From NCBI GenBank assembly GCA_951406725.2, contig OX597822.1:43606001-43668000 (forward strand): a stretch of 62,000 bases of DNA. The letters run 5' to 3'. Origin of the DNA: Octopus vulgaris. Taxonomy: Eukaryota. A program made the translations under genes and the position numbers. Under the pieces are notes generated by a model, which saw only the letters and a list, made by a program, of their open reading frames with translations, had not been told where the DNA came from and did not search any database. The first letter of the stretch is position 1. Every line of letters begins with the position of its first letter. Positions 43,856 to 56,020 of this stretch are shown piece by piece.

Positions 43856-43934
43856 TGTCCAGCATGAGGGGACTTACCAGGAGTTTGTGCTCTGCTGGCA
43901 TAGCTCTCAGGGTCACTGAGGCATAGAAGTCCCC
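43856..43934 (+). other. Candidate pseudoknotted RNA motif
   Basis: Crossing perfect stems CCAGCA/TGCTGG and GGGGACTT/AAGTCCCC plus hairpins GAGT/GCTC and CTCAG/CTGAG within 80 nt. Confidence 0.4.
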
Positions 43935-44576
43935 ACAACACAAAAAGGACTGGACCATGTGTTGGAAAGTGAAAAGGGTGATATTAAGTAGGGTGAATAC
44001 CTAATTCTATGATCCTAGGATAGATAACCTACGCATTTCCCGTCCAACGGTTTGACTCACAAGGCTTCGCCGACAATAGTTTATCGAAGCTTCTGCCGAC
44101 AATAGTTTATCAAATTTTCTGCCGGCGATAGTTTATCGAAGAACAAACCTACTACAAAGATCAGTGGAGTCAGTTCAAACTCCAACGCCAACAGACTCCA
44201 GAACAAACATCTGGATCGTACTGTCGTGTCGGCACTTGCGCTGAGATCCGAACACAGAAACAGCTTGAACAACGCACAATAATTACAAACATCATATCCC
44301 GTCCCACGCCTCTCTACCGACACTGGCTGCATTTGCCGTCTTCCTTGTATTCGATGTAATTAAAAAGGAAAAATATGTTCAGTTAATTTCGTTTTCCTTA
44401 ATTAAATTTAGGCATTTATTGAAAGTAGCTAATTGTGCATTAAAGTATCACATATTCGATCTAACGATTTGTCTAACCAACGACGAAACGCTCTCATGCC
44501 ATTTTCAATAAGTGTGCAGGCGTCAGTGTGTGTGTGTGTGTGTACACACACACATACGCATACATATATTTATGTG

Positions 44577-44669
<93 letters not shown>

Positions 44670-44763
44670 CATATATGCATATATACGTATACATACACAC
44701 ACATTTATGTATCAATATATATATATATATATATTAGATACATATACATATATATATACATAA

Positions 44764-44823
<60 letters not shown>

Positions 44824-45241
44824 ATATATATATATGCATATGGATACATAGGCATGTATGTGTGAATGCGTATCTCAATGTGTATACGTATAACAAGCAA
44901 CGTTTATCTATGTGAATGTAAGAGCATGTGGTATGTGTAAAAGTTGCCAAGTCTAAAATAAATTGCTAGATTGACTCAATAGGCACGAATCCATCTAAAG
45001 CCGCTGTTTACTCAGCTACACAGAAGGAGGTGGACAGACAACTGTCATAAAACGTTGATACATACGCCAAATTAATTTTAAAGAATCACAATATACGCTA
45101 TTATGGCTTTGTGATTAAGAAGTGTACCTTATAGCTGCGCGGTTCCGAGTTCCATCGCATTGTGCTTTTATCTGAGTGAGTGTTTACTACCAAAGCTACT
45201 TTGTGACGAATACCATTGAAGTGGTATTCAGGGACAGAAAA

Positions 45242-45486
45242 TGAGAAGCTGGCCTGTCATGGCTGTGTGGTGAGAAGCTGACCTGTCATGGCTGTGTGAT
45301 GAGAAACTGGTTTGTCATGGGTGTGTGGTGAGAAACTAGTCTGTCATGAGTGTGTGGTGAGAAACTGGCCTGCCGTGGCTATGTGATGAGAAACTGGTCT
45401 GTGATGGCTGTGTGTGAGAAACTGGCTTGTCATGGATGTGTGGTGATAAGCTGACCTGTCATGGCTGTGTGGTGACCTGTCATGGC
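45242..45486 (+). repeat. 29-bp minisatellite derived from a SINE 5' (A-box) segment
   Basis: About 8.5 units of tgagaa(g/a)ctggcctgtcatggctgtgtgg, running directly into the SINE family A core. Confidence 0.88.
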
Positions 45487-45964
45487 CTGTCCTACTACGT
45501 TCATTCCCACTGCGTGGCACTGCGCTCAAGTGACGTCTACTGTAAACTCGGGTCCACCAAAACCTTGTGAGTGGATTTGGTAGACGGGAACTGAGGTTCT
45601 TTGTATATATAATATATATTTATATATTAATGATTTTTAGGTACGCGGTATTTCGTTATGCAACCATGCAGCCATAACATACTATAAAGCGTATTAAAAT
45701 ATATTTGTTCGAGGATTATTAATGGGTTTGATGGGTGGTGATAAAGGGGCGAAATATCCCGAAATATAGCATAAACGTACATTACCCTTCGTTCTCATTG
45801 TTTGTTTATATCTGGCATCTCATATACGAAACGCAGCAGCAAAATTGGCTATAAATTCTATAGAATATCTGTAGAAATAACCTTAACAAGTAATACACTT
45901 ATATACATACACACACAGACACACACATATATATACATACATACATAATACATACATACATACA

Positions 45965-46000
<36 letters not shown>

Positions 46001-46034
46001 TGTGTGTGTGTTTGAGTGTGTGTGTGTGTGTACG

Positions 46035-47707
46035 TATAACGACGATAAGAAAGTGGAGAAATAAATAACAATGAGAAGTGGATCTTTGGTGTTATAAAGC
46101 CATTATTTAATTAATTGAGATGAGAGCATGATAGAGTAAGTTTGCAGCTGTTTTCGTATATCAGGCTGGGGTAAATATATAATTACCTCATTGCAATTGA
46201 TAGAGATCATTAGAACGAAAATGGCAAAGAGGAACAAAAGAAGAGAGCGAAAGAAAGTGTAAGGAAAAAACAGGAAAAGGAAAATATTCAATAATTCGAT
46301 AGTATTACATTTTAGTTAGGTTCAAAGTTCAATAAACCCATTGTATGATAGACGAGAAGAGTGTTAGTTGAATCTAAGGTCTCGTAATTAGTCATTATCA
46401 TAGCTTACATGTGTCCATAGGTTCAGCTAGTTGACCGCCGGTGTAATCCGAGGGAGTTGTCACTGTTGAGGATATCCAGTGTAGTCCTATGGACCTATGT
46501 GGAACTAATTTATATGTTGTAAGCTAGTTCGTATATTTTCAATGGAAGCCGTAATATAAGGGTAAAGTTCATATCTAGAATTTGTATGATATAGAGTGTA
46601 AATGGACTATGTACCGGAATAATGTATAGGTTTGAAGAGTGCATAGCAAAACAATAAGATCGAAAGGGAAAATTTATCGCGTGTAAAAAGACTTGGTAGT
46701 CTAGCTCTCAACGTATTTTAAATTATAGGAAAATAGTAAGCTAGCGTAGGATGTAGAATAAGTATAAAGTTCAGTAATTTATTTATAACTAGCAGTATCG
46801 CCCGGCGTTGCTCGGATTTGTAAGGGAAATAACTATATAAGCATTTTTAGAGAGTTATAGCCAAAAAATAGCAAGAAAATGCATTAAAAATGGGGAAAAA
46901 CATGATGGTAAATTTTTTTTTAATCGTTGACTCATCGTAGACATTTTTAGAGAGTTACTTCCCTTATATAATAGCGAAAAAATGCATTAAAATGGAAAAA
47001 AATGATGGTAAATTTTTTAAATCGTAGACTCATCGTAGACGCGCGCTAATACCCAGAAGGGCTCGATATGAATCACGACTATAAGATACCCGGTTTTGGT
47101 TAAACTGCAACGCAAAATGTGGTAGTAGTTAGGAATCTAAATCGTAGGAGACAGACACACAACCTCTCTTTTATATATAAAGATGTGGGTTGAGTAAGCT
47201 AATTGGTATGTAGGAAAGATAAAGGGAGGTAATAGTAGGTTAAGTAGATTCGCTAACTAAACCGGATATCCCCAATAGCGATAACTCCCTCGGATTACAC
47301 CGGTGGTTAACTTAGCCGAACCTATGGACACGTGTAAACACTGTTAATAACTAATGATGAGACCTTAGATTCAACTAACACTCTTCTTGTCTATCATACA
47401 ATGGAATTATTGCATTTTGAACCTAACGAAACTGTAACACTATCGAATTATTGAACATTTTCTTTTTCCTTTTTTTTTCCTTACGCTTTCTTTCGCTCTC
47501 TTCTTTTGGTTCTCTTTGCCTTTTTCGTTCTAATGATCTCTATCAATTGCAACGAGGTAAATATATATTTACCCCAGCCTCACATACGGAAACAACTGTA
47601 AACTTACTCTATCATGCTCTCATCTCAATTAATCAAATAATGACTTTATAATAACAAAATCCACTTCTCATTGTTATCTATTTCTCCATTTTCTTATCGT
47701 TTTTATA
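46035..47707. mobile_element. Element or locus bounded by ~445-bp inverted repeats (foldback or long-TIR type)
   Basis: 46035-46480 aligns to the reverse complement of 47261-47707 with scattered substitutions; non-coding interior carrying a Helitron-like insertion. Confidence 0.8.
46788..47184 (+). mobile_element. Non-autonomous Helitron-like element, copy 2
   Basis: Same termini as 35062-35570; internal ~100-bp tandem duplication. Confidence 0.7.
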
Positions 47708-47763
47708 TACATTAAACTACTATATATATATATAAAGTTAATCCAAACATGAAAACATATATT

Positions 47764-47834
<71 letters not shown>

Positions 47835-48086
47835 ATATAATAAGCATGTCTGGATAATCTGTGTATTCCAAAAGTCTTCTAGTGTAATCCATATCGCCCT
47901 CTGACACCCTGATGAGTTTCCATCCAAGGTATTTAAAATGCAAAATTATGTATATATTTATGTTTTGTAATTGCTATTATGTTTGTGAAATGAAACAATT
48001 GTTGGTGAATATGTTTGATTAATAGATAAATTAATTTCTATCCATTAGATCCCTCTATTTTCTAACTCGATATATATCGATATAAA

Positions 48087-48139
<53 letters not shown>

Positions 48140-48145
<6 letters not shown>

Positions 48146-48620
48146 GTAAAAAGTGAAAAAACTACAGAAGGCTTAAATGATAAAAAATATATATTTGCCG
48201 TCAATATGTCTGAAGAACATTAAAAAAATGTTTTCTCTTATTATGACATAGTTTAGAAGAAAGACCGGTTTCGCGTTTAGCTTTTCAAATTTCTTGCGAC
48301 GTTATGTTTATGTTGAACTGAGTTATCGTTATGTTTATGTTCAAAAGAGTTCTAAATAAGGGGAGGTAATGAGTGATTTCTTCTGGTGTAAGGGAGATAA
48401 TCGCTTAAAAATGTTTTCCTTTCCCTTGGTGTGAATTTCTCTGTATCAGTACGTTGGGATGGTTAAGTCTGGGCTTGTACTTTTCAATGAAGAATGTTTC
48501 CTTGTTTAGTCTAATTTGTGTTGATGATCCGATAGCACATTGGTAAAATGGAAAGATTAAAAATTGTGGTAGTAGTTGCTTTGCGCATTTCTCAATATAT
48601 ATCTGTACCGTTTGATAGAG
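48140..48620 (-). mobile_element. Penelope-like element 3' fragment, third family
   Basis: YIEKCAKQLLPQFLIFPFYQC...RLNKETFFIEKYKPRLN fits a GIY-YIG C-terminus (R..KE..FI....P.LN). Tail ends at (TA)n and contains a decayed hammerhead. Confidence 0.7.
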
Positions 48621-49665
48621 GCAAAAGAATCTGTAATCTCTGCAACTCTGAACTTTTTCACACTTTGTTCGCCCGAGGGCGGCTAGTTAACGCGATTTTG
48701 CAAAACTCTTTCAGATGTCCCCATTGGAGGCGCCACACATTTCTTGCATACAATTGAAGCCTAAGATAATTAACACCTTGATGTCCTAAGAAAGGAAAAA
48801 AATTTTGGAAAAAATTTGGAAAAAAATTTTGAATTAAATTTGTAAAGGGAAATTACTCCCCTTTTAACGTATGATCTGCTACTTATTTAGAAACAATATC
48901 AGGGATTATACTCCCCTTGTTTAATAAGTCATCTGTGTATAAACTGACCACAGACGAACACATAGACAGAGGCTCCTATCGGCCGCTTGACCTACAATAT
49001 CTGCAATATATTTTCCCACTAGCTGCTTCCTAACATACTGCCACACATACACAGGCGCACACACACATACATGTAAGTAGTTTCTCACACCCAAATAAGA
49101 TAGCTTTCATTCTTAAAACAATTCGAACATTAACATTAGTTATACAGAATATATTCACACTCTTTGGTTTTCTTGAATTCTTCCCCTACCAAATTTAACC
49201 GCAGTTTGACCTCGATTTATTCCAACGGACTTTTTCGTCGGCCTTCACACACCCTGACGTCAACACACATTGAGAGACAGTTTTGTGCCTGACCATGGGC
49301 TCCTAGGGAGCGTTTTGTTCGAATAGCTTGCTGCGCATTTGTTTTGGAGATTTATATTCCTGGTTTTTCCTGAAGAGAAAGCTGCAAAATGGTCTCCTTA
49401 TTCAATCCGAATTTGGAAATTTGCAGCCTTTGAAACATGTGTAGAAAATAATAAAAAGGAAATTTGTAGAATCTTCGTTCAGCTCCATTTCTTCCCTTCA
49501 CTAAATATATAAAACTTCAATTATCCGCGCTAAGGCACGGTTGCGACACCCCATGGTCGTAACCTCAACCGTGTTTTTTCTGTTGTGATTTTTGCTACCC
49601 AGGTATCGGTTAAATTTTGAATAAATTTTGAATAATCCGTAACAAGATAATTCATTTATCCATTT

Positions 49666-49735
<70 letters not shown>

Positions 49736-49946
49736 TTTCTTTTTACTTGTTTCAGTCATTTGACTGCTGCCATGCTGGAGCACCGCCTTTTAGTCGAGCA
49801 AATCAACCCCGGGACTTATTCTTTGTAAGCCCAGTACTTATACTATCGGTCTCTTTTGCCGAACCGCTAAGTGACGGGGACGTAAACACACCAGCATCGG
49901 TTGTCAAGCAATGCTAGGGGGTACAAACACAGACACACAAACACAT

Positions 49947-49989
<43 letters not shown>

Positions 49990-50152
49990 TACGACAGGCT
50001 TCTTTCAGTTTCCGTCTACCAAATCCACTCACAAACCATTGGTCGGCCCGGGGCTATAGCAGAAGGCACTTGCCCAAGATGCTACGCAGTGGGACTGAAC
50101 CCGGAACCATGTGGTTGGTTAGCAAGCTACTTACCACACAGCCACTCCTGCG

Positions 50153-50155
<3 letters not shown>
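49736..50155 (-). mobile_element. SINE family A, full-length with internal (TA)/(CA) microsatellite
   Basis: Head ggcgcaggagtggctgtgtggtaagtagc, B-box-like ggttcagtccc, core and tail all present. Confidence 0.92.
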
Positions 50156-50197
<42 letters not shown>

Positions 50198-50206
50198 AAA
50201 TTTCAG

Positions 50207-50421
50207 GATTCAAGCGAATCACGTGCTTAAATATTAACGCTTCAAGGTCTGGGATATCGCTATCGTGTACAAAAATATTTGAAGACAAATACGTACTAGC
50301 TAAAGTAAATACGGATTTGTACACCGGTTGTGTGTACGATCTCAAATGGCCAACGGAATATATAATGAGTTCTCAAGGGTGTACAAAGGTAGAAACACTG
50401 CACCTATTGTACTGCGCTTAA
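50207..50421 (+). CDS. Candidate (terminal) exon of an unidentified Cys-containing protein
   Basis: tttcag acceptor at 50206. 70 open codons FKRITCLNINASRSGISLSCTKIFEDKYVLAKVNTDLYTGCVYDLKWPTEYIMSSQGCTKVETLHLLYCA*. AATAAA at ~50472 and 50530. Confidence 0.35.
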
Positions 50422-51211
50422 TAGACTCCAGATCCAAGTGAATTGCAGGTTCTGCGTATGGTGAATGATAAATAAATAACGACAGATTCATTGTGGTTCA
50501 CTACAGCTGTTTCAAACCTGTTTTTTATCAATAAAAGCTACGTCTGAATCAGCTATAGTGAACCACAATCCATCCGTTGTTATTTGTATGTGTGTGTGTG
50601 TGTGTATATGTGCATATATATATGCATGTGTGTGTACATATGTGTGTGTATGTGTGCGTACGTGTGTATGCAAGTGTGTATAAATGTGTGGCTTTGTGTC
50701 GATTAGTTCGACTAAAACCTTTTCAGTGCGGTGCCCCAGCATGGTAGCAGTCTGGTGACTGACACAAGTAAAAGAATATATGCAAATATATACGCACATA
50801 TGTGAAGTATATAGTGGACATGCAAACAGGACTAATTTAGCTATTGCTATTGCTCCGGAGACAGAAAAAAATGAAGAACAACGTCAATCGAATTTCGAAT
50901 ATTATTGGATTCTTATCAGGGCGTCTACATCAATATGACTTATGAACAAAAACAAGCAGTCAGTCTATTTATATATATTCAACCATGACAGTAGCAACAA
51001 AAAACTGGAGCTACTAATTTGCATAACATAAGTGTTAACACTTTATCTAATATCAGGGAACCTTTAATGGAGATCTCAATCCACACAGTATCCATATGTA
51101 TGTTTGTATGTAAGCATGTTTGCCTGTCTGTCTGCTTGCCTGCATGTCTCTGTCTCTGTCTCCTTTCTCCATATATATACATATTTATTTATATATATGT
51201 ATATTTATATG

Positions 51212-51260
<49 letters not shown>

Positions 51261-51301
51261 TTATATATATATATGTATATATATATATGTGTGTGTGTGT
51301 A

Positions 51302-51395
<94 letters not shown>

Positions 51396-51397
<2 letters not shown>

Positions 51398-51700
51398 AAG
51401 TGCAATGGCCCAGTGGTTAGGGCAGCGGCCTCGTGGTCGGAGGATCGCAGTTTCGATTCCCAGACTGGACGTTGTGTGTGTTTATTGAGCGAAAACACCT
51501 AAACCTCCACGAGGCTCCGGCAGGGGATGGTGGCAACCCCTGTTATACTCTTTCGCTCCAACTTTCTCTCACTCTTTCTTCCTTTTTCTTGAGTAACGCT
51601 GCGATCGACTGGCGTCCCGTCCAGCTGGGAAAAACACATACGCCACAGAAACCGCGGAACCGGGCCCGTGAGCCTGGCTAGGCTTGAAAAGGGCGCATAG
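51396..51700 (+). mobile_element. SINE family C, full-length
   Basis: gtgcaatggcccagtggttagggcagcgg head through gagcctggctaggcttgaaaaggg tail, ending in an A-rich run. Confidence 0.88.
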
Positions 51701-52026
51701 ATAAGTAAATAAATATATATATATATTCACAAAATATATAATTATAGAAATATTATCATAGCAAAGGCACTAATGAGTAGCGTTACATGCTAGAGACAGG
51801 CGCCAAATGAGTCTATTTCTGGGATGTGACGCTACTCATTGGTGCTCTTACTATAATTATATTTCTATGATTATATATTTTTTATCAATTTTTACCTATA
51901 TTGTTTATTATATGCTGGCTACTTGATAAAATCTTATAGATATTTTAGCATTGATTATATATATATATATATCTCCCACATTTAAGTGCGATGACTGTAT
52001 ACTTCCTACCTAATATACATCTATCC

Positions 52027-52095
<69 letters not shown>

Positions 52096-52105
52096 TATAT
52101 ATATG

Positions 52106-52150
<45 letters not shown>

Positions 52151-52815
52151 GTATGGATGGATGGATGGATGGATGGATGGATGTATATTATGTAGGAAGT
52201 ATACACTCATCGCGCTTAAATGTGGGAAATGTGTGAAGGAAACAAATGTTTCCTTGGTCTTAATTGCTCTATTTAATCAAAATGTCTCCCCTTGTTATTG
52301 GTCATATGTTTCCTCGTATTTAGCAAATTGTTGATCCCTTAGGCGTAAAATTCTTCGGGCTAGCAAGCGGACAAACATTCAATGTAAATTCTAACCTCCT
52401 TAAAATGAATAAACCGTTTTATCTATAATTAACGTTGCGATGATCTGAAAAGAGGACAGTGAGAACAGAGTCAGGTGAGTAAGGAGGATGAGGCAAATAT
52501 TTCCTATTTGCTGTTGCCTTAATTTTTTTCCTGAGTAACTTATTTTACAATATGTTGTCATGCCTTATTGTGTAAAAGCAACACTCATTTACGACTGACC
52601 ATTGATGGGCGCTTTTGTCGGCAAATTCTTGTGTGCAATATTTCCATTTGAAGACAATACACCGCCCTCTCAATTGTTTCATTTTGTTTTAGTACTTTAT
52701 GATAGACGACACATTTCGTATACCACCGGAATCAGAGCATAACTTCTTTCGAGTTTAGTTCTGGTTTTGAGATGGATTTTCCTTTACATGTCGGTGCCAA
52801 TCATTCTCGTTTGCT

Positions 52816-53175
52816 TTGGATATAATTATAGAGAACCCATTTTTATACAGAATCTATTTCAATAGAGAACCTATTTGGATATAATCATAGAGAACCCATT
52901 TTTATAGTGAACCCATTTGGATATAACTATAGAGAACCCATTTAGATATTGTCATAGAGAACCCATTTTTATAGGGAATACATTTGGATATAATTATAGG
53001 AAGCCAATTTTTATATAAAACCCATTTGGATATTCTCATAGAGAACCCGTTTTTATAGAGCACCCATTTTTATAGAGAACCCATTTTTATAGAGAACCCA
53101 TTCTTAGAGACAACCCATTTTTATAAAGTACCCATTTTTATAGATTACCCATTTTTATAGAGTACCCATTTGGAT
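52816..53175. repeat. Minisatellite of agagaacccattt(ttat/ggatataattat) units
   Basis: Core aacccattt repeated more than 12 times with two alternating unit variants. Confidence 0.9.
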
Positions 53176-53612
53176 AATGAACTTTCTCATCGTTTCTTTT
53201 ATTGCTGTGGTTTCTTTAATTTTGAATTAAGACTGCTTTCACGTTAGCAAATTTTATAATACGGCCTATATCTAGCCAAAACTATAGTTATATTCTTGCG
53301 CATGTGCATAACTCAAAATCATGGCGTGCTAAAACAATTCTGAGTGCAGATATGGAATTAGTATCCTCGATTTAGTCTAAAACACATGCTTTAACCCCAA
53401 TAGCAAAACCTTTGTTTTCCAGAGAATTTTCAGCTACTAAATTCTCTCACAAGGCATTTGTTGGGCTGGGGCTAAAGCAGGAGTTACTTACCTAAAGTCC
53501 CACGCAGTGGGACAGAACCGGAATCCCCGTGGTCGGAAACTGAACCTCAGTTAATCTATTTTCTCAACATTGGCGTCTTTGTATCTATATGGAAAATCAA
53601 TATATTCCTAAC

Positions 53613-55044
53613 TATTAGGTCATCCTATAAATAATGCAGTTTTTATACTTATTTTATTCTTTCAAAATTGAGTTAAACGAAGTTTATTTTTAATCTAAAA
53701 TGCACTCTCCTTCATTTTCTACAAGGCTCTTCTATCTATCCAGAAGACTTACAAGGCCCACAAATTCCAAAATTCACTTGTCCGTAACGAAAAATACTCC
53801 AATAGTAGTGTTCTGCCATCGTCTACAGAATTCATATTTTCTCCGTCCAAATGATTTTGAAGACTACGGAATAAATGATAATCAGATGGGGCAGTGCCTG
53901 ATGAATTTGGTAGGTGGGACATCGTTTCCCGTTCAAACTGCTCCAGCCTTTCGAATGTCATCCTCACTGTATGTGGCCGAGCATTATCCTGATGGAAGAG
54001 CACCTTTCGTCTTGAAATCAAAGATGGTTGTTTTCCTTCTAGCGTTGACTTAAGCCGCTCAAGCTGCTTGCAGTAGATCTCCATTGTTATCGTTTTGTTT
54101 GGGTTTAAATGTTCAAAGCGGACTAAACCTTTCATATCCCACCAAACAGATAAAAACACCTTACGTGGGTGAAGACGTTCTTTAGCCTGGGGTACCGGTG
54201 TTTCTCCTTTTCCTACACACTGTCGTCGGCGCTTGATATTTTTATAGAGGACCCATTTCTCGTAAGCAGTCATTATTAGGTGACCAAGTAACAATGGGAT
54301 TTTGTTCCTTGGGGATTTGCAGGACGTCATCGTCGAGCTCTATAGATCTTCCAGAACAAGGCTCATCTTCTAGGCTGCAGTTTCCGGCTCGTAATTTCAG
54401 GAACCACCGTTGACACTGGCTCACGCTTATTGTTCGATCCCCATATACTGCATTAATATTCCTCGCACTTTGCATTGTGTTACGTTGTTTGTTATTTCTC
54501 GAGCCACGCCAGGCTCATAAGGGCCAGTCTCCCGGTTTCTTGGCGTATAGGTTCCCCACCTGGACGGGACGCAGGTCCGTCACAGGTGAGCTGCAAGATG
54601 CAGGAGAAAAGAGTGAGAGAAAGTTGTGGTGAAAGAGTCAGCAGAAGTTCGCCATTACCTTCTGCAGGAGCCGCGTGGAGCTTAGGTGTTTCGCTCATAA
54701 ACACAAACATCGCCGGTCTGAGATTCGAATCGGTGATCCCTCGACCGCGAGTCTGCGGCTCTAACGACTAGGCCATGTCCCTCCACACTGTTGCGTTGTT
54801 GCCTTTATTGAACTCATAGAGCAAAATATGCCGAATATGCTCTTCTGTCACTTCCATTATAGCTTTGAAAAAAAAACTGTTAAAACCGAACTGTGCACTT
54901 TTCAAAACTTGCACTAAGAATATATACATGGTAAAATTACTACCTGCATTTACAGCAAGTTGATGCAGGTAGTTCATCTTGTCCCCCTCCGAATTTTAGT
55001 CAATGCAGTTGACAAAACCGCATTATTTATGGGATGACCCAATA
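53613..55044 (-). mobile_element. Mariner (DD34D), copy 3, with internal deletion and nested SINE
   Basis: TIRs tattaggtcatcctataaataatgcag (53613) and ccgcattatttatgggatgacccaata (to 55044), TA at both ends. ORF 53749-54330 contains KVFLSVWWDMKG, FHQDNARPH and APSDYHLFRSLQNHL. Confidence 0.95.
54490..54788 (-). mobile_element. SINE family C inserted in mariner copy 3
   Basis: Reverse complement of the family C head. Probable TSD tgttacgttgtt (54478-54489) and tgttgcgttgtt (54789-54800). Confidence 0.88.
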
Positions 55045-55110
55045 TTAATAGACTTGTATTTGCTTTTTAAATGATGGTATACGAATGATTTGTCTGCGTT
55101 AATACATACA

Positions 55111-55457
55111 GTGAAGGCGTATGGCTCAGTGGTTAGAGCGTCGAGCTTACGATCGTGAGGTTGTGAGCTCGAATCCCGGACCGGGCTGCGTGTTGTGTTC
55201 TCGTGCAAGGCACTTTATTTCACGTTGCTCCAGTTCATTCAGCTGTAGAAATGAGTTGCGACGTCACTGGTGCCAAGCTGTATCGACCTTTGTCTTTCCC
55301 TTGGATAACACTGGTGGCGTGGAGAGGGGAGGCTGGTATGCATGGGCGACTGCTGGCCTTCCATAAAAACAACCTTGCCCAGACTTGTGTCTAGGAGGGT
55401 AACTTTCTAGGTGCAATCCCATGGTCATTCATGACCGAAGGGGGTCTTTACCCTTTT
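55111..55457 (+). mobile_element. SINE family D, full-length (tRNA-like head, CORE-like centre)
   Basis: A box tggctcagtgg, B box gctcgaatccc; ttaatacat on both flanks (TSD). Confidence 0.9.
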
Positions 55458-55579
55458 AATACATGCATTTACTGCTGATTCATTCGCCAATTGAGGGACG
55501 ATAAGAGGAAAAGATGTATATTCCATCTTGGTGGGGCTTGAACTCAGGACGTAAAGATAAGGCCAAAAAGAGCGAGCTG

Positions 55580-56020
55580 GCTTGCCCTGCTAGAAATAGT
55601 AGCTAAATGGAATGTAAACATGGCAGTTTGACCCTCTAGATATAGTAGCTAAATGGCACGTTTATGGTGTAGCTTGAACTGCTGGAAATAGCAGGTAACC
55701 GAAACGTCTATATGGTTACATGTCTTGCTAAAATAGCGGCTAAATAGGACGTCTACATGGTAGCTTGAGCCGCTAGAAATAGCAGTTAAACTGAACGTGT
55801 AGATGGCACTTTGACTTGCTAGAAATAGCAGCTAAATGGAAGGTCTACGTGGAAGCTTGATCTGATAGAAATGGTGGTTAAAAGAAACGTCTTCATGCTA
55901 GCTTGACCTGCGCGAAATAGCAGCTAAACGAAACGTTTACGTAGTAGTTTTTCCTGTTAGAAATAACAGCTAACTGGAATGTCTACGTGGTAGACTGACT
56001 TGCTAGAAATAGCAGCTAAA
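55580..56020 (+). repeat. 46-bp minisatellite, ~9.5 units
   Basis: Consensus gcttgacctgctagaaatagcagctaaatggaacgtctacatggta; runs into a retroposon-like tail ending in (aac)n at ~56145. Confidence 0.9.

Noticed and set aside
47910-47935. ctgatgag motif (also ctgagga at ~11040)
   Set aside because: No properly placed stem II and GAAA downstream.
55111-55190. tRNA-like sequences (also 25601, 51396, 38908)
   Set aside because: A/B boxes are present but they continue into SINE cores and tails, some with TSDs, and do not give a clean cloverleaf; SINE heads, not tRNA genes.
55580-56020. Regularly spaced repeats as a CRISPR array (also 45242-45486, 52816-53175)
   Set aside because: Contiguous tandem units without unique spacers, eukaryotic context, no cas genes.
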